Counted from the first letter of the stretch, positions 43,199 to 52,051 are shown. The stretch is 64,000 nucleotides of DNA from an uncultured Myxococcales bacterium (GCA_964443975.1 CAYUFS010000031.1:549-64548), one strand, 5' to 3'. Notes: generated by a model not told the origin, from the letters alone. Numbers and translations are program-made.

Positions 43199-44625
43199 GC
43201 GAGCGCCTCCTTGCCATCGTTGCCGAAGGCCGTCACTTTCACACCGAAAAGGCTGAGCAGCTGGATGTAGAAATCGCCGTACGTCTTGACGTTCGAATAG
43301 TCGGTCCCGACGGCGTTGGGATACTGAACGAGTCGGTTCGGCTTGATGAGCCCGCCGAGTTGGCCAAGAACCACGGTGGGCAGATTGTCGTGATTGTGGC
43401 GGTTGCCGTCGCCAATCTCGCTGCTCATGACGATGGCGCTGTTGTACAGCATGTCGTGTCCGTCGGCGTCCATCAGCGACTTCATCTTCTGCACGAAGGT
43501 GCTGATCCAGATCATCTTGTACAGGGAGATCTGGTGGTAGACCTCCATGAGCCCCGCGTCGCTACCGTAGTGCGAGGACTGGTGATCCGAGGTGGCACCC
43601 CCCGCCTTTGCTCCGGCTGCCGCGACCGCGGGGACGAAGCTGTAGTTTCGGCTGGTCACCGCATCCGACAGCATGAACGTGATGACCCGCGTTATGTCGC
43701 ACTGGAAGGCGATGGCGATCAGGCTGTGCATGAAGTCGACCTGGTTCTTGTAGTCGACGCCGGTCAGACCGTTCTTGTCGGAGGGATTCACCGCGGGCCC
43801 GGGAACCGTCGGCGGCGTACAGGACCCGGCCGCGGGCGCGTTCTGCAGTTCCTGCTCGAGCGACCGGATGCCCGTGAACAGCTGGTCGAGCTTCGCGCTG
43901 TCGGCCGCATTGAGCTTGTTCTGCAGGGCGCTCTGGTACGGCATCACGCTATCGAGGACGCTCTTCCTTAGCGCTGCGCGCATCTGGGCGTCGGCGTTGC
44001 TGGCGGTCGGGCTGACCCCCATGAACAGCCGGTTGAAGGCGGTCTGCGCGTCGACGATCTTGCCGAGCGGGGTGCCAGCGCCAACCGGGAAAGACATGGT
44101 CCCGTCGGAGTTCGTCACCGACGGTGCCTGCCAGGAGATATTCCGCGTGAAGTACGTTCCGAAAGAGTCGGTCGGGCCTCCGTTGCCCGTACCGAGCTGG
44201 ATCGAGTTGATTCCCCGGCAGCCCGACAGCGCGTCGCCGATGATCTGGTCCACCGACTTGCTCATTTGCTGGGAATTTGGCGTCGCCATACGAGCCGTGA
44301 GGATGGCCCCGGCGCCGAGAGCGTGGTCACCCGTCTGCCGACGACGCTGCTGGTTCTCGAGCCCGGTGATGTAGGTCATGTCCGCCTGGTAGGGCGCCCA
44401 GGTCGGCATGGTGATGGGCAACCCCCAGGTGGCGCCAGCGCCGGTCGGGTTGTGGTCCTGCATGTAGTTGCCGTTCGGGTAGTGGTAGAACATGAACCGC
44501 TTGATGGGCGCGCAGGTCGCGGCGCCCGCCTTGCGGGTCCACATGAGCGAAGGCAACATCGGAAGCGTCACGGTCACGCCCGCCGAAGTTATGAATCGTC
44601 GCCTCGAGAATCGTCCGCTGAACAT
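43186..44625 (-). CDS. DUF1552 (HXXSHH) family protein with Tat-like signal
   Basis: CAGGAG RBS before ATG 44625; SRRRFI, TLPML, AFQCDITRVIT, HQSSHY, SEIGDGNRH. Confidence 0.9.
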   Translation of the reverse strand: MFSGRFSRRRFITSAGVTVTLPMLPSLMWTRKAGAATCAPIKRFMFYHYPNGNYMQDHNPTGAGATWGLPITMPTWAPYQADMTYITGLENQQRRRQTGDHALGAGAILTARMATPNSQQMSKSVDQIIGDALSGCRGINSIQLGTGNGGPTDSFGTYFTRNISWQAPSVTNSDGTMSFPVGAGTPLGKIVDAQTAFNRLFMGVSPTASNADAQMRAALRKSVLDSVMPYQSALQNKLNAADSAKLDQLFTGIRSLEQELQNAPAAGSCTPPTVPGPAVNPSDKNGLTGVDYKNQVDFMHSLIAIAFQCDITRVITFMLSDAVTSRNYSFVPAVAAAGAKAGGATSDHQSSHYGSDAGLMEVYHQISLYKMIWISTFVQKMKSLMDADGHDMLYNSAIVMSSEIGDGNRHNHDNLPTVVLGQLGGLIKPNRLVQYPNAVGTDYSNVKTYGDFYIQLLSLFGVKVTAFGNDGKEALAWNA

Positions 44626-44944
44626 TGCTGTCTCCTGGAGGATGGTGAGCTTAACAGCCGAAGTCGCCACGCATCGGCGTACGCGCAGCTTGCATCTTCT
44701 TGCGTTGGGTGACCGAGAAAAGCGCCGCCGACGAGGGGGTCGCGCCTTCGAAAAAGGTGCTTGGCCTTGGTGGAACACACTGCCTCGACATCGGACACCT
44801 CCCTAGCAAGGTCCTCGGGGACCGGCACCTGTCTTACCATTTCCAGGCCGAGCCGGACTCTCACCGTTGGTGCGCAGATACCAGATGGGTCTAACCATTA
44901 CTGCGCGGATGCGCGTTCCAAGGGATCCAGAAAAGACTAAACTT

Positions 44945-44950
44945 TATAAT
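44945..44950 (+). promoter_or_regulatory. Possible sigma70 -10 element
   Basis: Perfect TATAAT in an AT-rich patch 60 nt upstream of ATG 45011; no good -35 seen. Confidence 0.25.
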
Positions 44951-45010
44951 GGCTTAGAGCATCGCTGCGCGGCTCGTTCCGCACCAGCCTGCCGGTGGTA
45001 TTCATAGGGC

Positions 45011-46078
45011 ATGCGCGCGCCACGATGGCTGGTCTTCTCGTGCCTGCTCACATCGGTGGCCCAGGGCGGCTGCGCCGGCAAATCCATGGGTCCGTCGGGG
45101 GCGCCCGGTGGCTCCCAGGCGCCGGGGAGCGGTGGCCGCGCCGGGAGCGGTCCTGCCGGTGGGGGTGGCGGGCCCGGCGCTGGAGGTGGCGCCGGAAGCA
45201 CGGCGCTAGCGGCCCTCGTACCCGTGGTGATGGAGCCGGCCTGGCAGATCGCCTCCAGCCCTGACCTCGGCGCTTACGACAACCGCCCCGACCAGCAGCC
45301 CGTCGATTTTTCGATCTGGCAGGCGCAGGACGGGACGTTTCAGCTGTGGTCGTGTGTCCGAGGCACGAAGGTCGGCGGCAACTCGCGGCTCTTCTATCGG
45401 TGGGAGGGTCGACACCTGACCGACACGGACTGGACCCCGATCGGCATCGCGTTGATGGCCGATCCCGCCGTCGGCGAAACACCGGGGGGCCTGCAGGCCC
45501 CTTACGTGCTCCGCGTCGGCGACACGTGGCACATGTTCTACGGGGACTGGCAGCACATCTGCCACGCCACCTCGAGCGACGGCAAGACGTTCACGCGGGT
45601 CATCCAGCCGAACGGCCAGTCCGGCGTTTTCGGCGAGGCCGCCGGCCTGGTCACCCGCGACCCCATGGTCTTCGTGGCGCCGCACGAGTTCCGCCTCTAT
45701 TACACGAGCGACGCCGGGATCGACTACGTGCGCACCTCGCCCGACCTCGTCACGTTCAGCGAATCCCGGGTGGTGGCGGCCGGGGGGGCCGCCGGCGTCA
45801 ACTGCTGCTCCGCCGAGTGTCCCTTCGTCGCGCAGCCGGTCTCGGGCGGTGACTACTTTCTGTTCCGCACGCAGCAGTATGGTCAGAACGCCCAGACGCG
45901 CGTCTATCGCTCCCCCGATCCGTTCGACTTCGGCGTCGATGACGATCGGTTCCTGATCGAGACGCTGCCGCTGGCGGCGCCGGAGCTCTTGAGTTTCGAG
46001 GGTCAGACGTACGTCGCCCACCTGCGCCCCGATCTTCAAGGTATCCAGGTCTCGAAGCTCGCGTTCGTCGCCGAATGA
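45011..46078 (+). CDS. Lipoprotein with five-bladed beta-propeller glycoside hydrolase-like domain (GH32/clan GH-J-like)
   Basis: Signal peptide ending GGC, Gly linker; QPVDF, TRDPMV and SAECPFV resemble the GH32 D, RDP and ECP motifs. Confidence 0.65.
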   Translation: MRAPRWLVFSCLLTSVAQGGCAGKSMGPSGAPGGSQAPGSGGRAGSGPAGGGGGPGAGGGAGSTALAALVPVVMEPAWQIASSPDLGAYDNRPDQQPVDFSIWQAQDGTFQLWSCVRGTKVGGNSRLFYRWEGRHLTDTDWTPIGIALMADPAVGETPGGLQAPYVLRVGDTWHMFYGDWQHICHATSSDGKTFTRVIQPNGQSGVFGEAAGLVTRDPMVFVAPHEFRLYYTSDAGIDYVRTSPDLVTFSESRVVAAGGAAGVNCCSAECPFVAQPVSGGDYFLFRTQQYGQNAQTRVYRSPDPFDFGVDDDRFLIETLPLAAPELLSFEGQTYVAHLRPDLQGIQVSKLAFVAE

Positions 46079-46160
46079 CGACACGGCGGGCGGAGATACG
46101 CGGCGATGTACCTCCGACCACAAGATTTCACGAGAGCGACCGATTCAGCTCTCATCAAGG

Positions 46161-46766
46161 ATGAACCTGCCTCGCGCGATGGTGGTGCTCTTCGGCTTCG
46201 GCTTGGCGATGTCCGCGAGGCCGTCGTCCGCCGCAGGCGGGGATGACGCCCGCCGCCCCGCCACGCCCGCTCCGGCGGACCTGAACGAGCCGGCGCCGAC
46301 CACCCCTTCCCTTTACGACCACCCGTGGGTCTGGCGCGACGATGACGGCGCGGCGCTGTCACTCGCCCGTTTTCGCGGCTCGACCGTGGTCATCACCATG
46401 GGCTACGCCTCATGCCAGGTGCGGTGCCCCCCGACCATCACCAAGCTGCAACACCTCGAGCGCGCCTTCGCGAAGCAGGGACGCCCCGTGAGCTTCATCC
46501 TCGTGACCATCGACCCGGCGACCGACACGCCCGCGCGACTGGCGGCGCTGCGGCGCGACCGGAACCTGACCCCAGGCGTGTGGCACTTGCTGTCCGGCCC
46601 TGAGTCGCAGACGCGCGAGCTGGCGCGCCTGCTCGACATTGCCTACGTGGACGCCGGCGGACACTTCGAACATCAGGTTCGCGTCATCGTCCTCGACGCC
46701 CGCGGTCGCGTCGCCCGTCGCTTCGAAGGCTGGCACTTCGACGACGCGTCGGCGCTATCGCCCTGA
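46161..46766 (+). CDS. SCO1/SenC family copper chaperone
   Basis: Signal peptide; YASCQVRCP (CxxxC), VTIDPATDTP, distal His in FEHQ. Confidence 0.88.
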   Translation: MNLPRAMVVLFGFGLAMSARPSSAAGGDDARRPATPAPADLNEPAPTTPSLYDHPWVWRDDDGAALSLARFRGSTVVITMGYASCQVRCPPTITKLQHLERAFAKQGRPVSFILVTIDPATDTPARLAALRRDRNLTPGVWHLLSGPESQTRELARLLDIAYVDAGGHFEHQVRVIVLDARGRVARRFEGWHFDDASALSP

Positions 46767-46804
46767 ACAGACGTACGTCTCGTCCCATTCCGCGTCGAGA
46801 GCTC

Positions 46805-46873
46805 GGGCGAGCGTAGCCCAGCTTTGCTGGGCGAAGCGAGGAGGGACCGGCGGTTTGCGAGCGCAAGCGAGCC
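46805..46873. repeat. Cluster of short hairpins (REP-like)
   Basis: GCCCAGC-TTT-GCTGGGC (46816-46832) plus GCGTAGC, GCGAAGC and GCGCAAGC mini-hairpin-like words. Confidence 0.45.
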
Positions 46874-46978
46874 ACAGCCCCCGTAAGAGACAAGGGCAAT
46901 TCGGGCGCGTCTTCAGTTTCAAACACGTGGGTCGATGCGACTCCCGGTCGGCAGATTACCCGGCGAGGAGGCAGCATC

Positions 46979-48151
46979 GTGGACCAGGCAGACAGTCAGG
47001 AATCGAAGGGTTTCGAGGGTAGAAACGGTGTCTGCCGGGGGCGAGGGCAACCCCGCGGATGGTGGCCTCCGCGCCGCTCCCCTCGCCTCGCGGCGCGACC
47101 GGTCGTCGCCGTCGCCGCGGCCACGCTCGGCCTCGTGCTGCTCGCCGCGCCCGCGCGCGCCCAGGTGGCGCTGAACCTGTACGGCAACGCCGACTATCAC
47201 GCGATGAAGGACAGCGGGCAGACCACCAACGCCTTCGGAACGGCGCTGGCGGACGTGTTCCTGTCGGGGACCAAGGAGAAGCTCTCCTACCTGGCGGAGT
47301 TCGTGTTCGAGGTCGGCGACAACAACGAGTTCGCCGTCGACGTCGAGCGGCTTCAGCTCGGATACCAGGTGACTGAATGGTTCCGGGTCGCGGCCGGGCG
47401 CTTTCACACGGCCTTCGGCTACATCAACGACAGCTACCACCACGGCGCCTACTACCTGCTTTCGACGGGTCGTCCGACCTTCGTGAACTTCGAGGACGGC
47501 GGTGGCCTGATCCCGGCCCACAGCGTGGGCTTGCACATCGACGGCCGGTTTCACCTGGGCTCGTCGCGGTTGCGCTACGACGCCGAGCTCGCAAACGGAC
47601 GCGCTGCCACATCCGATCAGGTGACGAACCGGATCGATCCGAACAATGGCAAGGCGGTCAACCTCCGCCTTCGCCTCGAACCGGGCGGCGTGCTCGACGG
47701 CCTCGTCTTCGGCGGCAACGTCTACCTCGACACGATCGACACGACGGACGCCCTGATGGTCCCCGTTCGGATGAGCGAGCAGGCCTACGGGGCACACCTC
47801 GCCTATATGGAGCACAACGTTCACCTGATCTCGGAGACGGCCTTGTTCCGCCACGTCGAGAGCAACGGCGGGCCCACGCACCAGACCGTGGCCACGTTCG
47901 TGGAGCTCGGATACAGCTTCGCCGAGCTCACGCCTTATGCTCGCTACGAGCGCACCTCGTTCGGGAGCGGGCCCGTCGATCCCTACTGGGCGGCGGGAGC
48001 GGCGGCGCGGGGCAGCTTTCACGTCGTGACCGGCGGCCTCAACTACCTCGCCTCCGACAGCGTGGCCCTCAAGCTCGAGGGCAAGTACCAGCACTTCGAC
48101 TCGAACCAGACCTCGAAGGGTCTCTCCGCGCAGGTGGCCTATGCGTTCTAA
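46979..48151 (+). CDS. Outer-membrane porin-like beta-barrel
   Basis: GAGGAGG RBS before GTG; signal peptide ending ARA-Q; VERLQLGY, AGRFHTAFG, alternating strands, C-terminal QVAYAF. Confidence 0.82.
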   Translation: MDQADSQESKGFEGRNGVCRGRGQPRGWWPPRRSPRLAARPVVAVAAATLGLVLLAAPARAQVALNLYGNADYHAMKDSGQTTNAFGTALADVFLSGTKEKLSYLAEFVFEVGDNNEFAVDVERLQLGYQVTEWFRVAAGRFHTAFGYINDSYHHGAYYLLSTGRPTFVNFEDGGGLIPAHSVGLHIDGRFHLGSSRLRYDAELANGRAATSDQVTNRIDPNNGKAVNLRLRLEPGGVLDGLVFGGNVYLDTIDTTDALMVPVRMSEQAYGAHLAYMEHNVHLISETALFRHVESNGGPTHQTVATFVELGYSFAELTPYARYERTSFGSGPVDPYWAAGAAARGSFHVVTGGLNYLASDSVALKLEGKYQHFDSNQTSKGLSAQVAYAF

Positions 48152-48617
48152 GTCGCGACGAGATGGGCGCTGGCTGTGGCGGCTCGCGGGCTTCCTGGGA
48201 GTGCTGACGATGTTCCTGGCCGCGGTGGCGGCGGCGGCCGGGCCGAGCCCGTACGTGTTGATCAAGAACGCGCGGAACAAGTCCATCGCCACCATCAGCA
48301 AGGCCGACGCCCGCGATATCTTCACCGGGAAACGGAAGCTCTGGTCGACGGGCGAGGTCGTCCAGATCGTGCTCCGCCCCGGCGAGGGCGACGGCATCGA
48401 GTGGCTGGCCCAGGACGTCTTCGGCGTGTCCCCTCGAAACCTGCTCACCAAGATCCGGCAGGAGGTGTTCAAGGGCGAGATGGCCAAGCCCATCGTCGCA
48501 GCCTCCGACGAGGAGACGATCAAACAGGTGGTGAGCGTGGGCGGGGCCATCGGCATCATCCCGGCCCCTCTGGCGGCGAAGCTGCCCGCTGAAGCGGTCG
48601 TATTGCCCATCAACTGA
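48141..48617 (+). CDS. Small exported protein resembling one lobe of a phosphate-binding (PBP2) protein
   Basis: Signal peptide; ISKADARDIFTGKRKLW, SDEETIKQV..GAIGII; overlaps the porin stop. Confidence 0.72.
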   Translation: MRSKSRRDGRWLWRLAGFLGVLTMFLAAVAAAAGPSPYVLIKNARNKSIATISKADARDIFTGKRKLWSTGEVVQIVLRPGEGDGIEWLAQDVFGVSPRNLLTKIRQEVFKGEMAKPIVAASDEETIKQVVSVGGAIGIIPAPLAAKLPAEAVVLPIN

Positions 48618-48629
48618 GGAACAACAGCG

Positions 48630-50693
48630 ATGAACTCAACAGCGCCCGGGCCTTCGAAGGAGGGGCGGACCCTCAAGCTGAAACTACTGCTTGGGTGTCT
48701 GACTCCGCTCCTGGTGGCGGTGATCTGCCAGGGCCTCTACACGGTGACTGCGCAACGCAAGGCGCTGATCGGTGGCCTCGAGGAGAAGGGTCGCTCGCTG
48801 GGCGCGCTGATGGTGAACGTGGTCGGCCCCAGCCTGGCCCTCGACGATCTGCCCGGCGCCACGGAGGGCCTCGGCTTCATCGCCAAGGACGCCGACTTCG
48901 CGTTCTCGGCGGCGCTCGCGCCCGATGGCAGGGTGCTGAGCTTCGTCGGTCCCGAGGCCGCGCGGCCCCTGCTCGCCGCCTCGGCCTCCGCTGTGAAGGC
49001 TCCCAGTCTGGTCGTCGGACGGGAGGTCCTGGTGGCCCTCTATCCGCTCAAGCCAGGGACCACCGACCTCGGCACGGTCGCGGTGGGCCTCAAGACCAGC
49101 AACGTGCGCGCCGCCGCGAACCGAATGGTGGCGCGCGTCGTCCTGATCGCGGCGGTCGGGATCATGATCGCCGTCCTGGTCGTCCTGTTGCTGGCGGCCG
49201 CGATCGTCCGCAGAAACCGCGATCTCAAGCTGATCATGGACAACGTGGGCCAGGGCTTCATGAGCGTGAAGCGCGGCGGCGAGGTCCTGCCCGAGCACTC
49301 CGCCATCCTCGAGAGCTGGTTCGGCGCCTGGCAGTCGGGCGCGCCCTTCTGGGGCTACATCGGCGGCGCCTCGAAGAAGCTGGAAAGCTGGTTCGAGCTG
49401 ATGTGGGACAACGTTCGTTCCGACGTGCTGCCGGTGGAGATCGCTCTCGAGCAACTGCCGGTGCGGGCCGAGGTCGGAGGCAAGACCTTCGAGTTTCAGT
49501 ACAAGCCCATCTTCAAGGGCGCCCACCTCCTCCACATCATGTTCGTGATCTCGGACATCACCGCGCTCGTGGAACAGGAGCACGCGAGCTCGGAGCAGCG
49601 TGAGCTGATGAGCTTGTTTCAGTGGCTGCTGAAGGATCGGACCGGCCTCCTCGAGTTCTTTCACGACGCCAACGGCCTGGTGCAGCAGTCGGCCACCTGG
49701 GGCGACGACGATCTCGGCGCCCTCAAGCGCAACATTCACACGCTGAAGGGCAACGCCTCGGTGTTCCGGCTCGAGAGCGTCACCCGGGTCTGCGAGGCCA
49801 TCGAGAACCGCTGGGCCGATGGGGCAGACGGGCGTCTGTCGGACGATGAGATCGCGGTCCTGCTCGCCACGTGGAAGGGCGTTCAGGACCGGATGTTGCG
49901 ACTGCTCGACGGCGACGACGCCCGCCGCTTGGAGATCGAGCTGCACGAGCACGACGAGCTCATCGCCGCGATCGAGCGGCAAGAGCCGCACGCGGCGCTG
50001 TTCGAGATCGCCCGCGCATGGACCTTCGAGCCGATGAAGCAACGCCTGGGGCGCTACGGCAAGCAGGCGGGCGAGCTGGCCCGCCGCCTGAACAAGGGTG
50101 AGCTCACCGTCCGCGTGGAAGCGGACGGCGTTCGGTTGCCGCAGGGGATGCTGGCGCCCTTCTGGTCATCCGCCGCCCACCTGATCCGAAACGCGGTGGA
50201 CCACGGCATCGAAACCCCCGACGAGCGGCGTGACGCCGGCAAGGATGGCCCCGCCGTCCTGGTGTTGCACGCCTCCCGACAGGATGAAGGTCTGGTCGTC
50301 GCCATCGAGGACAATGGGCGCGGCATCTCGTGGGACAAGCTCGCGGAGAAGGCGCGCGCCGCTGGGCTGCCGTCGTCTTCGCGGGAGGATCTGGTCGCTG
50401 CCTTGTTCGCGGACGGCATCACCACCCGCGAGGGAGCGACGGAGGTGTCGGGGCGTGGGGTGGGGATGAGCGCGGTCCGTGAGGCCTGCGAGGCCACTGG
50501 CGGCCGGCTCTCGGTCTGGAGCGAGCCGGGCAAGGGCACGCGCTTCGAGTTCGCCTGGCCACGCACGCTGCTGGAGCCCGCTCGCGACCATGAGGTGACG
50601 AAAGCAGCCGCCTCGGCCACGGGAGCACCAAGGAGTGGTTCGGAGGCGAGACCTGGCACAGGCAAGGTGGCTCCGAAGAAGGTGGCTGCCTGA
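48630..50693 (+). CDS. Membrane-anchored CheA-like histidine kinase (TM-periplasmic domain-TM, PAS-like, Hpt, CheA-type HATPase, no CheW domain)
   Basis: Two TM helices; IMDNVGQGF...SDIT (PAS-like); NIHTLKGNAS (Hpt); HLIRNAVDHGIE, IEDNGRGI, EVSGRGVGM; ends shortly after the ATPase domain. Confidence 0.88.
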   Translation: MNSTAPGPSKEGRTLKLKLLLGCLTPLLVAVICQGLYTVTAQRKALIGGLEEKGRSLGALMVNVVGPSLALDDLPGATEGLGFIAKDADFAFSAALAPDGRVLSFVGPEAARPLLAASASAVKAPSLVVGREVLVALYPLKPGTTDLGTVAVGLKTSNVRAAANRMVARVVLIAAVGIMIAVLVVLLLAAAIVRRNRDLKLIMDNVGQGFMSVKRGGEVLPEHSAILESWFGAWQSGAPFWGYIGGASKKLESWFELMWDNVRSDVLPVEIALEQLPVRAEVGGKTFEFQYKPIFKGAHLLHIMFVISDITALVEQEHASSEQRELMSLFQWLLKDRTGLLEFFHDANGLVQQSATWGDDDLGALKRNIHTLKGNASVFRLESVTRVCEAIENRWADGADGRLSDDEIAVLLATWKGVQDRMLRLLDGDDARRLEIELHEHDELIAAIERQEPHAALFEIARAWTFEPMKQRLGRYGKQAGELARRLNKGELTVRVEADGVRLPQGMLAPFWSSAAHLIRNAVDHGIETPDERRDAGKDGPAVLVLHASRQDEGLVVAIEDNGRGISWDKLAEKARAAGLPSSSREDLVAALFADGITTREGATEVSGRGVGMSAVREACEATGGRLSVWSEPGKGTRFEFAWPRTLLEPARDHEVTKAAASATGAPRSGSEARPGTGKVAPKKVAA

Positions 50694-51658
50694 TGACCGG
50701 CCAGAGCCTGTCCCTCTCCACGGTCATCCAGGCGGTCGCCGACGCCGTGCGCAAGCAGCACGCCGAGCTGCGCGACGAGATCGCGATGGTTCAGAGCGTG
50801 AGCGAACGCGAGGTGCTCGCCGCGGGGGGGGCCATCGCAAAGATCTTCGAGGAGATGACCGAGCACACGGCGCGCCTGTCCGCGCTCAAGGCGCACGAAT
50901 CGAGCGACAGCGCCAAGGGCTCGTTCGCGGCCGTGCTCACCCGCTTCGCGGGCGAGATGCCGGCGCTGCTTGGCGTGCTCGTGAGCGAGACCACGTCCCA
51001 ATCGCGCCTCGCCAGCGGCGCCGCCGCCCAGATTCGCGAGGTGACGAACCTGGCCGAGGACATGTCCCGGATCGCCCAGTGGTGCCGGGTGGTGGCAAGC
51101 AACGCGCGCGTCGAGGCCGCCCACGCAGGCGAGCTGGGTGCCGGGTTCGCCGTCCTCGCGGACTCGCTGGCGGCCATGTCGAACGACATCGCGCGGGCCA
51201 CGAAGTCCATCCAGGACCGAGCGACGGCGGTGAGGGGCATCGTGTCGGAGATGGCCGATGGGGCCGCCAAGGTCGCGGCGGAGGGGCGCGCCCGCACGGC
51301 GACCATGAAGGCCTCGGTGGGCGAGTGCCAGAAGGCGTACCAGGACGGCGTCGTGGGATCGATCCATGGGTTCGAACAGAACGCAGCCTCCATTCGCGAT
51401 CGCTCGAACGCGGCGCTCAGCCACCTGCAGTTCCAGGACCGCCTTCAGCAATCCCTGGATCACGTGCTCGAGGGGAACGCGCGCATCGTCGCCGGGCTGG
51501 AATCCCTGGCGGCCGACCTGGCCGGGGCCGACGCGCCCGCGTCGATCGAGGGGCTCGAGGAGGTCCTGCACCAGCTCTTCACGAACGCCTCCGCGCTGGC
51601 GGTCGTGCGGGATCTCGCCGGAAGCGAGCGCTCGGACGGCGAGATCCAATTTCTCTGA
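50693..51658 (+). CDS. Soluble MCP-signalling-domain-like coiled-coil protein with C-terminal QFQD motif
   Basis: No TM segment; degenerate tip VVASNARVEAAHAGELGAGFAVLA; LSHLQFQDRLQQ; ATG overlaps the upstream stop. Confidence 0.78.
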   Translation: MTGQSLSLSTVIQAVADAVRKQHAELRDEIAMVQSVSEREVLAAGGAIAKIFEEMTEHTARLSALKAHESSDSAKGSFAAVLTRFAGEMPALLGVLVSETTSQSRLASGAAAQIREVTNLAEDMSRIAQWCRVVASNARVEAAHAGELGAGFAVLADSLAAMSNDIARATKSIQDRATAVRGIVSEMADGAAKVAAEGRARTATMKASVGECQKAYQDGVVGSIHGFEQNAASIRDRSNAALSHLQFQDRLQQSLDHVLEGNARIVAGLESLAADLAGADAPASIEGLEEVLHQLFTNASALAVVRDLAGSERSDGEIQFL

Positions 51659-51682
51659 TCTGACTCACGAAGGGAACCTCAC

Positions 51683-52051
51683 ATGGCGAACCAGAAGACC
51701 ATCCTCATTGTCGATGACTCCGCGACCGTCCGGCAAATGCTCACGTTGACCTTGACCGGTGGTGGCTTCAACGTCGTCGCCGCGGAGAACGGGGCCGAGG
51801 GGCTCGCGGCGGCAAAGAAGCAGAAGGCGGACCTCGTGATCTCGGACGTCAACATGCCGGTCATGACCGGCCTGCAGATGATCGCGGAGATCCGCAAGCT
51901 GCCGAGCTACGCGAAGACACCGATCTTCGTCCTGACGACCGAGTCGGGAGCGCGGGTCGCCGAAGGCAAGGCCGTGGGCGCCTCGGCCTGGATCGTGAAG
52001 CCTTTCAAGCCGGAGAGCCTGCTCGCCGGCGTGAAGCGCGCGACGGGCTAA
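51683..52051 (+). CDS. cheY: CheY-like single-domain response regulator
   Basis: IVDDS, ISDVNMP, LTTES, WIVKPF. Confidence 0.92.
   Translation: MANQKTILIVDDSATVRQMLTLTLTGGGFNVVAAENGAEGLAAAKKQKADLVISDVNMPVMTGLQMIAEIRKLPSYAKTPIFVLTTESGARVAEGKAVGASAWIVKPFKPESLLAGVKRATG

Noticed and set aside
44626-45010. Riboswitch or ncRNA, or sigma54 promoter (CGGCACCTGTCTTAC), in the divergent intergenic region
   Set aside because: No Rfam-type consensus recognised by eye; the sigma54-like word lacks the -12 GC. An Infernal scan would be decisive.
48630-51658. Pseudogenised cheA/MCP remnants
   Set aside because: Both ORFs are intact, keep catalytic motifs and are translationally coupled, with no frameshifted CheW fragment visible. 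Not fully excluded without orthologs.
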